This document shows positions 10,525-20,829 of a stretch of DNA of 64,000 bases, piece by piece (the first letter of the stretch is position 1; each line of letters starts with the position of its first letter). The notes beneath the pieces are model-generated. The model did no database searches. It saw only the letters and a list, made by a program, of their open reading frames with translations, and had not been told where the DNA came from. A program made the position numbers and the translations under genes. Location of the stretch: positions 262-64,261 of the forward strand of contig JAZQVN010000035.1 in NCBI GenBank assembly GCA_045631885.1, read 5' to 3'. The DNA is from Bacilli bacterium. Lineage in GTDB: Bacteria > Bacillota_I > Bacilli_A > RFN20 > CAG-826.

Positions 10525-11232
10525 TCAACCAATAATCTTTTTGTCTTTAAAAATGTAGAAGATGCCAATTGAAGTCATACCAAAAGAGGCGACAATTAAA
10601 ATTAGAATAATCATCACGGTTTGAGGTATTTCTTTTGTTGTATTTTGACTAGAGCTTCTACCGGAAAAATAAGAGTCTAGATATTTAACACTATCATAGA
10701 TAGTGCCTGTGCCATCTTTTTTTGCATCAACTGTATTTCTATCATGAGTCTCTAACTCGTTATAGAGCTGTTTCATTTTGACATAATGTTCTCTTGTGAC
10801 ATTACAAATACTTGAACCATCAGTGTTAGGTCTAATATTAAGAGTCCAGTAATTTAAAAAGCCTTCATCGCAGCCGTATTCATAAACCACAACATTATTT
10901 GGATAATCGAATTCAATTTCAGATAATGCTCCTGTGAAATAAATAACTCCAAGAGTGTCAGGATATGTTGCTTGAACATCTTTGACAGTTTTAGAAATCA
11001 TTAATGTGGAAAATGAGCAATCATCAAAAGCGTGTTCACCAATGGTGGTTACTTCTTGTTCAGCATATATACGAACATTTGGAGTGTCCTTATCGTTAAC
11101 TGAAGTTAGAACATGGTTTTCTACGGTTATATCAGTGGTATATGGATAAGGAAACCAAGCCCAAGCATCAGAAGCCACGTTCAAATTAGAGGAGAATAAT
11201 AAAGGTAATAACGTTAATAACTTTGTTAGCAT
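10525..11232 (-). CDS. Hypothetical secreted protein with a C-terminal membrane anchor
   Basis: 235 aa. N-terminal signal peptide (MLTKLLTLLPLLFSSNLNVASDA) and a C-terminal TM helix (VMIILILIVASFGMTSIGIFYIF). Confidence 0.6.
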   Translation of the reverse strand: MLTKLLTLLPLLFSSNLNVASDAWAWFPYPYTTDITVENHVLTSVNDKDTPNVRIYAEQEVTTIGEHAFDDCSFSTLMISKTVKDVQATYPDTLGVIYFTGALSEIEFDYPNNVVVYEYGCDEGFLNYWTLNIRPNTDGSSICNVTREHYVKMKQLYNELETHDRNTVDAKKDGTGTIYDSVKYLDSYFSGRSSSQNTTKEIPQTVMIILILIVASFGMTSIGIFYIFKDKKIIG

Positions 11233-11376
11233 TTAATTATTCCTCACAACCAAAATAACAACGAGACAAATCGCCATAAGTAAAGAAATGATCCCGATAA
11301 CTATGAGACCAGAAATAGGAAAATGAACTTTTCCATCATCTACTAATTCTTCTTGTTCTTCACGTTCTTCTTCCAT
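11233..11376 (-). CDS. Small acidic-N-terminus single-TM protein of 47 aa, not in the ORF track
   Basis: MEEEREEQEELVDDGKVHFPISGLIVIGIISLLMAICLVVILVVRNN. Its stop codon abuts the ATG of the downstream gene (11230-11232), and its ATG is 2 nt from the upstream gene's stop. Confidence 0.35.
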   Translation of the reverse strand: MEEEREEQEELVDDGKVHFPISGLIVIGIISLLMAICLVVILVVRNN

Positions 11377-11378
11377 AA

Positions 11379-12146
11379 TTACACAACATCACATCTAATG
11401 TTTTTCTTTTTGATGACATTAGTTATCAAAGAAATTATAACCGTATTTAACGGAACATTGACAAACAAAACAATTATTTGACAAAGCAAAATAACTGGAT
11501 AGGTGGCAAAGCCAAACGCTAAGCCTTTCATTAAGGTGCCAAACATCACCATTATCGTGATTTCAATAAGTAGTAATGCAAATGACACTTTATAAACATT
11601 GATTGTTTGATTCTTTCTTGCGTAAACAAATATGAATACTAAAAGTATTGCGCTTAAAACCACTAAACCAGCGGTTATAGAAATCTTTTGCCATAACTCA
11701 AGGACATAAGTGCTTCCATATAATTGAAGCTCAGGAGCAAGCCAAATCGGTAAGATGACTCCTAATGACGCCAAAACAACAAAAGAAGGCAAAACAGCTT
11801 TGATCACTTTTTCACTAATTAGTCTCTTCACAAATAAGAAAACAAAATATGAAGCAAAACCTAATAAGGCATATATCGCGGTGATTTGAGGAAAGAAGGC
11901 ATTGTTCTTTGGATCAAAAATAAAATAACCAAGAACATCTGAGCCTAGTCCAACAAGTAAACCAAACCATGGGCCAAGGAATATCGATGAGAAAATAATC
12001 ATCGCTGGTCCACCTAATGAGATTCTCAAAAAGGGAATGATTGGGATATAGTTAATCGCTACTACTTTTTGTAAAATAACCGCTAAAACCATAAAGATAG
12101 CGGCTAAACAAATCTTAGAAGTTAATGAGAGATTTTTATTGTCCAT
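11379..12146 (-). CDS. Polytopic membrane protein, possibly an ECF-type folate-family S component
   Basis: 255 aa with about 6-7 hydrophobic helices. Overlaps folC by 11 nt, which is the usual folC-folT arrangement. It is longer than a typical FolT, so the family assignment is tentative. Confidence 0.4.
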   Translation of the reverse strand: MDNKNLSLTSKICLAAIFMVLAVILQKVVAINYIPIIPFLRISLGGPAMIIFSSIFLGPWFGLLVGLGSDVLGYFIFDPKNNAFFPQITAIYALLGFASYFVFLFVKRLISEKVIKAVLPSFVVLASLGVILPIWLAPELQLYGSTYVLELWQKISITAGLVVLSAILLVFIFVYARKNQTINVYKVSFALLLIEITIMVMFGTLMKGLAFGFATYPVILLCQIIVLFVNVPLNTVIISLITNVIKKKNIRCDVV

Positions 12147-13359
12147 CTTTTAACCTCTTAGACATACACGCAGCAAAAGCTAAAGAACCAGTAATAACAA
12201 TCGTATCTTCCGGATATCTTTCCTTTAATGTTTTGAAAGCCTCTATTGGATTTTCGATAAAATCATAATCTGATAAATATAAGAAATAGTCATCTTGAGT
12301 TCTCGCTCTTGGATGATCAAAAGTCGTTAAGATAATCGTATCAGCTATAGAACCAATTGAAGACAACATTTGGATTAAGTTTTTATCTTTAAAACACGCT
12401 AATAAAACTCGAATTCCACTTGAAATACGGGCTTTTTGCAATGAAATTACTAATTTATCAAAGGCTTCTGGATTGTGACCACCATCGATAATTACAAGTG
12501 GATCTTTTTCTAATCTTTCCATTCTGCAAGGCATTTGAACATTTAATAATCCGGCCTTGATTTGTTCATCAGAAATAGGAAATTGACCTTTTAATATTTG
12601 CACTGCATCAATCGCAATGCACGCATCATTCACGCTATAATATGCGGGTGATTTAATTTGGATGTTTTCAATCGTACCATATGTAAATTGATAACCTTCA
12701 TCATTTGGCTTAGGTTGATGGCTTTCTCCAACTGAATATATCTTTGAATTATTCCCTTTTGCGACATCCGCGATAACATCAATCGCTTCTTCTGGAATGC
12801 TACCTAAAAGAACAGGAATATCTTCTTTAATGATTCCTGCTTTTTGTAGAGCGATCTCTGAAATGCTTCTACCTAAAAACGCAGTGTGTTCTAAGCTGAT
12901 TGATGTGATGATGGATAAGATTGGTTCGAAGATATTTGTCGCATCTACTTCTCCACCCATGCCACATTCAATAACACAAATATCGCATTTCTCTTTTAAG
13001 AAATATTCAAATGCAACATATGTTAAAACTTCAAAACTTGATAAGTCGTATTTTTGAATTTCTTTTTTCTTATCTAAAACAATCGATTTGATTTCGTCAT
13101 CACTAATAGGATTACCATTAATGGCCATCATTTCATTAATTTCATATAAAGCAGGCGAAGTATATAAACCAACTTTATATCCGGCTTCTTTATAAATAGA
13201 GGCAATATAAGTCGCGGTGCTACCTTTGCCATTGGTGCCTGCGATATGTATCGCTGGTAAATTAAAAGAGAATTTTATTTTCTTTAGAAAATCATCAAAA
13301 TTATCTCTTTGATAATCCGCACCATCTCTTAATTCGATAATATCTTTCAAATCAATCAT
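12136..13359 (-). CDS. folC: Folylpolyglutamate synthase / dihydrofolate synthase
   Basis: 407 aa. Mur-ligase-type P-loop IHIAGTNGKGSTATY. Confidence 0.9.
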   Translation of the reverse strand: MIDLKDIIELRDGADYQRDNFDDFLKKIKFSFNLPAIHIAGTNGKGSTATYIASIYKEAGYKVGLYTSPALYEINEMMAINGNPISDDEIKSIVLDKKKEIQKYDLSSFEVLTYVAFEYFLKEKCDICVIECGMGGEVDATNIFEPILSIITSISLEHTAFLGRSISEIALQKAGIIKEDIPVLLGSIPEEAIDVIADVAKGNNSKIYSVGESHQPKPNDEGYQFTYGTIENIQIKSPAYYSVNDACIAIDAVQILKGQFPISDEQIKAGLLNVQMPCRMERLEKDPLVIIDGGHNPEAFDKLVISLQKARISSGIRVLLACFKDKNLIQMLSSIGSIADTIILTTFDHPRARTQDDYFLYLSDYDFIENPIEAFKTLKERYPEDTIVITGSLAFAACMSKRLKDGQ

Positions 13360-13807
13360 CGTAATGGCCGCCTTTCAAAGATCTCTCGATATCTCTTTGT
13401 TTAATGGTTTCGCGTTTATCGTAATCTTTTTTACCTTTTGCTAAAGCAATTTCTACCTTTACTTTTCCATGAGAAAAATAAACTTTCGTAGGAACAACCG
13501 TAAATCCACCTCTTTGGACTTTATCAGCAAACCATCTAATTTCTTTTTTATGTAATAAAAGTTTTCTCGTTCTTAATGGATCATGATTAAAAATATTACC
13601 TTGTTCATAAATTGGAATATGAACATTTAATAATTCGGCTTCGCCATTTCTAAAAACGACATAGGCATCATTTAGTGAACAGTTATGCACTCTTAAGGAT
13701 TTGATTTCTGTTCCTTGTAAAGCAATACCACATTCAGTGAACTCACTTAGATAATAGTTAAAAGAAGCTTTCTTGTTTTGAGCAATAATCTTAATGCTTT
13801 TGTTCAT
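13352..13807 (-). CDS. smpB: SsrA-binding protein
   Basis: 151 aa. ALQGTEIKSLR motif and a basic C-terminal tail, as in SmpB. Confidence 0.9.
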   Translation of the reverse strand: MNKSIKIIAQNKKASFNYYLSEFTECGIALQGTEIKSLRVHNCSLNDAYVVFRNGEAELLNVHIPIYEQGNIFNHDPLRTRKLLLHKKEIRWFADKVQRGGFTVVPTKVYFSHGKVKVEIALAKGKKDYDKRETIKQRDIERSLKGGHYDD

Positions 13808-13947
13808 AAAAAGTCTCCTTTCTTATCTAAGATAATCGTTTTTCAAACGGTAATGACAATTATATTGTAAATATAGAGAAATAACAAAAGAAAAAGAAAA
13901 ATAAGAAAATATTTTCTTCTTTTTCGACTCAAAAGTATAATGAATGT

Positions 13948-14673
13948 ATGAGTAAATATGATAGTTTAAAACAAATTTTAGATGATGCGAGTCAAATCGT
14001 CGTCTTTACTGGTGCAGGCATTTCTGTACCAAGCGGTATCCCTGATTTTAGAAGCGCGGATGGTATCTATAATCAGAAGACAAAACTAAACATCCGTCCA
14101 GAAGAAATCATTTCTCACACATTCTTCTATAACCACACGAAAGAATTCTTTGAATTCTACAAAGATAAAATGGTATATGAAGATGCTGAGCCTAATTACG
14201 CTCATAAATTCATCGCCAATTTAGAAAAACAAGGAAAGAATGTCATTGTTGTCACCCAAAACATTGATGGCCTTCATCAAAAAGCAGGCAGTAATACAGT
14301 TTATGAACTACATGGTTCAATCCATCGTAATTATTGTGATAAATGTAATCGTTCATTTGGACTTAAATATGTCATGACACATAATCCAATTCCTTATTGC
14401 GATAGATGCCACGGAATCGTTAAACCAGATGTCGTTTTATATGAAGAGCCATTAAATGAATTTATTATTGAAAGAGCTATAACAGCGATTATGACTTGCG
14501 ATGTCCTTTTAGTCATCGGAACTTCTTTAACTGTTTATCCTGCAGCGGGATTCATCCGTTACTTCAAAGGAAGATATTTAGTTCTCATTAATAAAGATCC
14601 AACACCATACGATAATAATTGTGATTTAGTTATCAATGAAGATGTTGTGAAGGTCTTTCAAAATGTTAAATGA
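13948..14673 (+). CDS. NAD-dependent protein deacylase of the Sir2/CobB family
   Basis: 241 aa. GAGISVPSGIPDFRS and QNIDGLHQKAG, followed by two CxxC zinc pairs (CDKC...CDRC). Confidence 0.85.
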   Translation: MSKYDSLKQILDDASQIVVFTGAGISVPSGIPDFRSADGIYNQKTKLNIRPEEIISHTFFYNHTKEFFEFYKDKMVYEDAEPNYAHKFIANLEKQGKNVIVVTQNIDGLHQKAGSNTVYELHGSIHRNYCDKCNRSFGLKYVMTHNPIPYCDRCHGIVKPDVVLYEEPLNEFIIERAITAIMTCDVLLVIGTSLTVYPAAGFIRYFKGRYLVLINKDPTPYDNNCDLVINEDVVKVFQNVK

Positions 14674-15323
14674 AAAAGTTATTAATTTTTGACCTTGACG
14701 GCACTCTTTTAAATACACTTGAAGATTTAAGAAACGCGGTAAATCACGCTTTAAATTTGCGAAATTATCCATTAAGAAGCCTTGAAGACATCAGAAAAGC
14801 AATAGGTAATGGAGTGGCTAAATTAGTGGCTCGTTCTATCCCGAATGGAACTGGCAATCCAGACTATGAAGATACTTTAAAAGAGTTTAGAAAATACTAC
14901 TCAGTTCATAGTGAAGATTATACCTCTCCATACCTTGGAGTACATGAAGCACTACTTAACCTAAAATCACAAGGATACATTTTAACGGTTGCGACCAATA
15001 AATTAACAGATATCGCACGTCCTTTATTAGAAAAGTTCTTCCCAAAAGTATTTGATTATATTCAAGGCGATGAACCGGGAATGGATCGAAAACCCGCGCC
15101 GATGATGATCAACACAATATGTTCAAAATTCGGTATTGATAAAAAAGATGCCTTCTATATTGGAGATACCAATGTTGATATGCAGACCGCAGAGAATTCA
15201 GAAGTTGACTTTGTATTAGTAACTTATGGATTTAGAACAAAAGAAGAATTAAAAGTTCAATGTCCTGGTAGACCTACAATTGATGACATAAAAGAATTAG
15301 ATTCATTCTTGCAAAATCGTTGA
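14670..15323 (+). CDS. HAD-superfamily hydrolase, phosphoglycolate-phosphatase-like
   Basis: 217 aa. Motif I FDLDGTLLNT and a distal GDTNVD motif. Confidence 0.8.
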   Translation: MKKLLIFDLDGTLLNTLEDLRNAVNHALNLRNYPLRSLEDIRKAIGNGVAKLVARSIPNGTGNPDYEDTLKEFRKYYSVHSEDYTSPYLGVHEALLNLKSQGYILTVATNKLTDIARPLLEKFFPKVFDYIQGDEPGMDRKPAPMMINTICSKFGIDKKDAFYIGDTNVDMQTAENSEVDFVLVTYGFRTKEELKVQCPGRPTIDDIKELDSFLQNR

Positions 15324-15328
15324 AACAA

Positions 15329-15358
15329 AAACCGACTTCATTGTGAGGTCGGTTTTAT
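15329..15358. terminator. Bidirectional terminator between the HAD gene and the CarD-like gene
   Basis: aaccgac-ttcattgtgag-gtcggtt followed by a T-run. Confidence 0.5.
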
Positions 15359-15837
15359 TAATCTATCTTATTATTCACAAACTCTTCAATCTTGTCTCTA
15401 TCTTGATTGTAGGAGAGAGCAAGTTCATCTAAGAAAATGTTTGAAGCGTAACTTAACATATCTAAATCTGAAGGACCTAATTTAGCGTTACCTGGGTTAG
15501 ATTTATATAATTCGTATTGACGGAACAAGAAAGCGATATCTTTAACATCTCCTGATCCTAATCTTTTTTTATAGCCATCACGTCTTTGTTTAGTATTTGA
15601 ATTATATTCTAAATGAATATCTTTTAATTCTTTTAAAACAATATCCGCTTCTTCTACTGTCATCACCGGTCTAATGATGTTGTCGGATGTAGCAACCGGA
15701 ACATAAATGTTCTCGTTATCACCCCTTAAAGCGCGTATAACAAAATACTCGCGGCCACCCATTTCAGTTACATTCACAATTATGGATACGCCGTTTCGAC
15801 AATGAACTACATTTTCGTTCACAGCATATTTCATCAC
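15358..15837 (-). CDS. CarD/CdnL-family RNA-polymerase-binding regulator
   Basis: 159 aa. N-terminal VVHCRNGVSII...YFVIRA resembling the CarD-TRCF RNAP-interaction domain (YdeB-like). Confidence 0.6.
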   Translation of the reverse strand: MMKYAVNENVVHCRNGVSIIVNVTEMGGREYFVIRALRGDNENIYVPVATSDNIIRPVMTVEEADIVLKELKDIHLEYNSNTKQRRDGYKKRLGSGDVKDIAFLFRQYELYKSNPGNAKLGPSDLDMLSYASNIFLDELALSYNQDRDKIEEFVNNKID

Positions 15838-15993
15838 TATAATTATCTCAAAAAAAGAGTCAACATGTAAGATAAAAATACTTTTTCTCGAAAAGAAATC
15901 TCTTTTTCTATTTTCTTGACTTTATTTAAAAATAAATTATAGTAATGGTAGATAGATTTCCAAAATGATAGCCTGACTATCAAAAATTGTGTT

Positions 15994-16611
15994 ATGAGTT
16001 TAAAAGAAGCAAAATTGAACTTTGTCGTGGATGTATCCACTAATCTTTTTATGCGCAGTTCAATCGCCGATGTCACAATTAGAGACATCGCTGAAGCCGC
16101 GGAAATTGGTGAAGCCACCATTTATCGTTATTTTAAAAAGAAAGAAAACATTGTTGTCGCTTGTGTTTTAAAATTACAAAACGATATCAATCAGAAATAC
16201 TTCAAGTTATCACAAGGCAAAACTGGATTTGAAAAACTAGAAATCTTCTATGATAGTTTCTTAGGTGTTTTTAAAGACAATCCAGATTATTTTTACTTTG
16301 TAAAAGAATTTGATGCCTATATTTACAATCAAAAAGATCCTGAACTTAAGGATTACGAAAGAGAAATAGATAATTACAAAACAGATTTTATCAACGCCTA
16401 TGAATTAGGATTAAAAGACGGAAGTGTTCGACAAGTTAAGAACATTGAAGTTTTCTATTTCTCCACGACCCATTCATTGTTAGAACTTTGTAAAAAATTA
16501 TCTTTAAAGAGAAACTTATTAACTCAAGACAAGTCTTTAAAAAAGACTAGTGAGATTAACTGTTTAATTAAAATAATTTTAAATTCGCTTAGAAACAGCG
16601 AAGAGAAATAG
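15994..16611 (+). CDS. TetR-family transcriptional regulator
   Basis: 205 aa. HTH segment VTIRDIAEAAEIGEATIYRYFKKKENIV. Confidence 0.8.
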   Translation: MSLKEAKLNFVVDVSTNLFMRSSIADVTIRDIAEAAEIGEATIYRYFKKKENIVVACVLKLQNDINQKYFKLSQGKTGFEKLEIFYDSFLGVFKDNPDYFYFVKEFDAYIYNQKDPELKDYEREIDNYKTDFINAYELGLKDGSVRQVKNIEVFYFSTTHSLLELCKKLSLKRNLLTQDKSLKKTSEINCLIKIILNSLRNSEEK

Positions 16612-16626
16612 AACAAGGAGGCAAAT

Positions 16627-18240
16627 ATGCGCTTATTTTATTTGAAAAACGGCCGTAAACGTTCGACCCAATACACCAATGAAGATGTATTTATCGCCAC
16701 TCACATCGATAACGAACACACAGTCATCAAGGTTAGAGCTAAAACCGACATTACTTTGTTAAAAGCCGAAGAAGTTATTCCATTTCACGTTAACTTCTCA
16801 GATTTATATTTCTTAAACGGATATCAATCTTGGACAGATACAAAGGAATATAAACTCGCAAAGAGATTAAGAAATGTAGATAAAAGTCCACACATCATTA
16901 CTAAAAAATATGCCTTAAAAGCGTATGGTGATTCTTTGTTCTACAAATATTCAATCAAGAAAAGCCACGGTTATGATGTCTTTTATAGTAAAGGTTCAAA
17001 TGAATCATTTATTTATAACTTAAATTTCAAAACCGCTTATCTCATCATCGAGTTAATTAAAGATAAAAGAAATCTCTTCTTAACTAGTGAAGTGAAAAAC
17101 CTTTCATTGAAAGCCAGTGAACAAGCGACTGTTTTCGATTACAAATTGTTCTACGACTATAACGAAGGATTAAAGAACTTCCAAAAAGATTTCCCTAAAT
17201 TAAATAAGGAAAAAGTATTTGGATACACCTCTTGGTATAACTACTATCAAAACATCAACGAAGAAATCATTTTAAGAGATTTATCCGCTTTAGATTCTCG
17301 CTTCAATGTTTTCCAAATCGATGATGGTTATGAAACATTTGTTGGTGACTGGTTAGATGTCGACCCAGTTAAATTCCCAAATGGCTTAAAACCAATCGTC
17401 GATAAGATTCACGAGAAAGGCTATAAGGCGGGATTGTGGCTTGCTCCATTTATCGCTGAAACAAAAAGTAAACTATATCAAGAACACAAAGAGTTATTTA
17501 AAAGAGATGAAAAAGGTAACATCGTTAAAACCGGTGGCAACTGGTCTCATTTCTATTCTTTAGATTTAGATAATCCTGATGCAGTTAATTATATTAAGAA
17601 ATTCTTAACTCATTATATGGATATGGGTTTTGACTTCTTCAAATTAGACTTCTTATACGCTTCCGCTTTACCAGTTTATGAATGTAGAAGCAGATGCATG
17701 GTCCAAGACCAAGCTTATCAATTATTACGCGATATCTTGAAAGATAAACTAATTTTAGGTTGTGGAGCTAATGTCATTAACTCCTATCAACATTTCGATT
17801 ATTTAAGAATCGGACCAGATGTCTCTTTAAGTTTTGATGACGCACCAATTATGAGATTATTACACCGCGAAAGAATCTCTACAAAAGTAACATTGCAAAA
17901 CACCATTTTCCGTTCAATCTTTGATGATAGATTGTTCGCGAATGACCCAGACGTCTTCTTATTAAGAGATGAAAATATGAAAATGTCTCCTGAACAAAGA
18001 TATGCTTTAACGAAGATTAATGCTTTATTTGGTTCAGTCTTAATGACCAGTGATGATTTAGCGACCTATGACGAGAAAAAGAAGGAGATTTTAAACACTG
18101 CTTTAGATCTCTTCCGAAACGCTGAAGTTGATTCTTATGTCATCCAAGGAAACGACATCACAGTTCAATATCATATCAACGATGAAAAACATCAATTTGT
18201 CTACAATACCGAAAAGGGGGTAATTTCAGATGAAAGATAG
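16627..18240 (+). CDS. Glycoside hydrolase family 36 (clan GH-D) alpha-galactosidase-like protein
   Basis: 537 aa. FQIDDGYETF...GLWLAPF and FFKLDFLYA match the DDGW and KxD catalytic-region motifs of GH36/GH27 enzymes. Overlaps the next gene by 11 nt. Confidence 0.55.
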   Translation: MRLFYLKNGRKRSTQYTNEDVFIATHIDNEHTVIKVRAKTDITLLKAEEVIPFHVNFSDLYFLNGYQSWTDTKEYKLAKRLRNVDKSPHIITKKYALKAYGDSLFYKYSIKKSHGYDVFYSKGSNESFIYNLNFKTAYLIIELIKDKRNLFLTSEVKNLSLKASEQATVFDYKLFYDYNEGLKNFQKDFPKLNKEKVFGYTSWYNYYQNINEEIILRDLSALDSRFNVFQIDDGYETFVGDWLDVDPVKFPNGLKPIVDKIHEKGYKAGLWLAPFIAETKSKLYQEHKELFKRDEKGNIVKTGGNWSHFYSLDLDNPDAVNYIKKFLTHYMDMGFDFFKLDFLYASALPVYECRSRCMVQDQAYQLLRDILKDKLILGCGANVINSYQHFDYLRIGPDVSLSFDDAPIMRLLHRERISTKVTLQNTIFRSIFDDRLFANDPDVFLLRDENMKMSPEQRYALTKINALFGSVLMTSDDLATYDEKKKEILNTALDLFRNAEVDSYVIQGNDITVQYHINDEKHQFVYNTEKGVISDER

Positions 18241-19666
18241 AACGGCTGTTATTTTTAACAATCAAATTGATACAAAAACAATCAAAAAAGCCTGCAAAAG
18301 TAAGGCGAAATACGTGAAAAAGTATGGAGATGACTCCGCTGCTAATTACAAAATTGGCTTCAAAGACATCGATACTTTAGACTTCATTGGAGCGAGTAAT
18401 ATCGTCTTCGCTGAAGAGAATGAACCAATGGATAAAAACGCTGTTATAGTCGGTAACATCCGTATGGGATTTGGTCATTATCGTATTTCAATCGCGATGG
18501 CTTCTGCTGCTAGAGCGCTCGGTTATAAACCTTATTGGTTAGACTTAGCGTCATTTGATGCAACAGGCAGCAAGATGATTAGAGAACAAAACGATATGTA
18601 TTCTCTCGCTTCTCGTATTTCTCAAAAATCTAAACTCTTTAATAAGATTGTTTGGGAACCACTCAATAGCGAAGGTTTCAAAAAGATTACATATAACGCA
18701 AAAGATCAGAAGAACAGTGAATTACTCGTTCCTATCTTTAAGAATATTAATAAAAATGTTCCATATATCGCGACACACGTTTGGCCAGCGCAAGGCGCTA
18801 TCCACGCTGGCATGACACACGTCGTTAACGCTATTCCAGATAACTGGCCAATGGGTTTACATCTTGCGGAAGGTGCTATCCACGCAGTTCAAACTCCATT
18901 CGCATACTTTGGATATAAAACATTAGATGGCTTTGCTAAATATCCACTACATGGCATGCCTGAAAAAGACATCAAACAAGTCGGTTGTTTTGTTGACCAC
19001 GAATTACTCGTTGATTTAGAAAACGACAACAAACGTCGTAAGGCGAGATTAAAAGCTGGTAAACCAATGAGAATTCTTATGACAGTCGGTGGCGCGGGTG
19101 CTGGCTTTGATATGTATTTAGCAATGATTAAGCACCTCATTCCATTCGTAAAAGAAAATAAAGTTGCTTTATTCATCAACTTCGGTGATCACGTCGATGT
19201 ATATAACAAACTAGTGAAAAAGATTGGTGAAATTGAAACTACAAACTTCTTCAATCAATATGGTGAATTAAAAGAATTCGCTAAAAAGATTAAAGATGGA
19301 GATTGTAATGGCATCTACGCTATTTATAACGACAACATCTTTGAAGCGGTCTATTCCACTAACTTATTAATGCCTGTTTCTGATTTATTAATTACAAAAC
19401 CATCAGAATTAGCATATTACCCAATCCCAAAATTATTCATGAAACACATCGGTGGTCATGAAGTTTATGGTGCGATTAACGGCAGAGAATATGGTGACGC
19501 TACACCAGAATGCCCAACCAAGAAATCAATAAATGGTATGCTTGATACCCTTATCTTTGATAAAGATATTATCTATCATATGTGTGATCGTATTGATTCA
19601 CTTAAGAAAGCGGGTCATTATGATGGCGCCTATGAATGTGTTAAACTAGCAGTAGGAGAAAAATAA
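18230..19666 (+). CDS. GT-B fold glycosyltransferase resembling UgtP/MGDG synthase (GT28-like)
   Basis: 478 aa. N-terminal G-loop VIVGNIRMGFGHYRISIAMASAARALG (compare UgtP ILTANYGNGHVQVA). C-terminal ILMTVGGAGAG and DLLITKPSE (compare UgtP LLIMAGAHG and DCMITKPGG). Confidence 0.5.
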   Translation: MKDRTAVIFNNQIDTKTIKKACKSKAKYVKKYGDDSAANYKIGFKDIDTLDFIGASNIVFAEENEPMDKNAVIVGNIRMGFGHYRISIAMASAARALGYKPYWLDLASFDATGSKMIREQNDMYSLASRISQKSKLFNKIVWEPLNSEGFKKITYNAKDQKNSELLVPIFKNINKNVPYIATHVWPAQGAIHAGMTHVVNAIPDNWPMGLHLAEGAIHAVQTPFAYFGYKTLDGFAKYPLHGMPEKDIKQVGCFVDHELLVDLENDNKRRKARLKAGKPMRILMTVGGAGAGFDMYLAMIKHLIPFVKENKVALFINFGDHVDVYNKLVKKIGEIETTNFFNQYGELKEFAKKIKDGDCNGIYAIYNDNIFEAVYSTNLLMPVSDLLITKPSELAYYPIPKLFMKHIGGHEVYGAINGREYGDATPECPTKKSINGMLDTLIFDKDIIYHMCDRIDSLKKAGHYDGAYECVKLAVGEK

Positions 19667-20829
19667 TGAACTTAGACCAACTCTTCTTTGAAAACTTCCA
19701 AACAAAACCAGAGCTCAGGTATAGAGCTCCTGCACGTATCAACTTAATCGGTGAACATATCGACTATAATGGCGGTAGAGTTCTTCCTGCAGCCATATCA
19801 AGTTACATCAAAGCGCTTGTCTCCAAAAGAGATGACAATATCATTTCAGCCTATTCATCAAACATTAACACCAAACATTCAATTGAATTAAATAACATCA
19901 AATTCAAAAAAGAGAACGATTGGGCTAATTATGTTTTCGGTGTTTTCGAAATACTTCAAAACGCTGGATACCGCATTCCATTCGGTTTAAATATTCTCGT
20001 TGATAGCGAGATTCCAGTTGGCTCTGGATTATCATCATCCGCGGCCTTATTAGACTTAATTACATACATTTGCTCAGATATCTATAATTTAGGAATTTCT
20101 TTAAAAAACGTTGCAAAACTCGCACAAAAAACAGAAACTTCATTCTGCGGACTCAAATGCGGAATTATGGATGAAGCCGCGATTGCACTCGGTTTAAAGA
20201 ACAAATGTTTACTCTTAGATTGCGCAAAATTTGAGTATGAATATATCGATTTAGATTTAGGCGAATATACCTTTGTCGTCATGAAAACAAATAAGCCAAG
20301 AGCTCTTGTCGAATCGAAATATAACGACAGAGTCGCGGAATGTGAAGAAGGTCTTAACGCGATTAAAGGAGAATTCAATGTCGCTAATCTTTGCGAATTA
20401 AAAGTGGAAGATTTACCTCGCGTTAAAGAACTCATCAATAACGAAACAGTTTATAGACGCGTTAGACATGTTGTGACAGAGAATAATCGTGTCCACTTAT
20501 TCATTCGCGAATTAAGAAACCGCAACATTCAAGCATTAGGTGAATTGCTCAATGCTTCTCACCAATCATTAAAAGAAGATTATGAAGTGACAGGTATTCA
20601 CTTAGACACAATCGTTGAAGCCGCGATGAAAGCAGGCGCAATTGGTGCAAGAATGACAGGCGCTGGTTTCGGAGGATGCGCGATTGCTTTAATCAATAAA
20701 AACAATTACAGACAATTTAAAGAAGATGTTGAAAACTACTATTATGAAAAACTAAACATCATGCCAGAAGTTTTCAATGTTGATATCGTTGATGGTCCAA
20801 TGAAAGAGGAAAATTATGGAAATCTATGA
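19666..20829 (+). CDS. galK: Galactokinase
   Basis: 387 aa. Galactokinase signature PARINLIGEHIDYNGG and GHMP ATP-binding motif PVGSGLSSSAA. Confidence 0.9.
   Translation: MNLDQLFFENFQTKPELRYRAPARINLIGEHIDYNGGRVLPAAISSYIKALVSKRDDNIISAYSSNINTKHSIELNNIKFKKENDWANYVFGVFEILQNAGYRIPFGLNILVDSEIPVGSGLSSSAALLDLITYICSDIYNLGISLKNVAKLAQKTETSFCGLKCGIMDEAAIALGLKNKCLLLDCAKFEYEYIDLDLGEYTFVVMKTNKPRALVESKYNDRVAECEEGLNAIKGEFNVANLCELKVEDLPRVKELINNETVYRRVRHVVTENNRVHLFIRELRNRNIQALGELLNASHQSLKEDYEVTGIHLDTIVEAAMKAGAIGARMTGAGFGGCAIALINKNNYRQFKEDVENYYYEKLNIMPEVFNVDIVDGPMKEENYGNL

Noticed and set aside
13808-13947. Possible THF riboswitch upstream of the smpB-folC-folT operon
   Set aside because: The region is uniformly AT-rich with no GC-rich structured core. 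It looks like plain divergent promoters.
15843-16121. 92-aa minus-strand ORF
   Set aside because: It overlaps the TetR start region and the divergent promoter. Low-complexity hydrophobic translation with no RBS.
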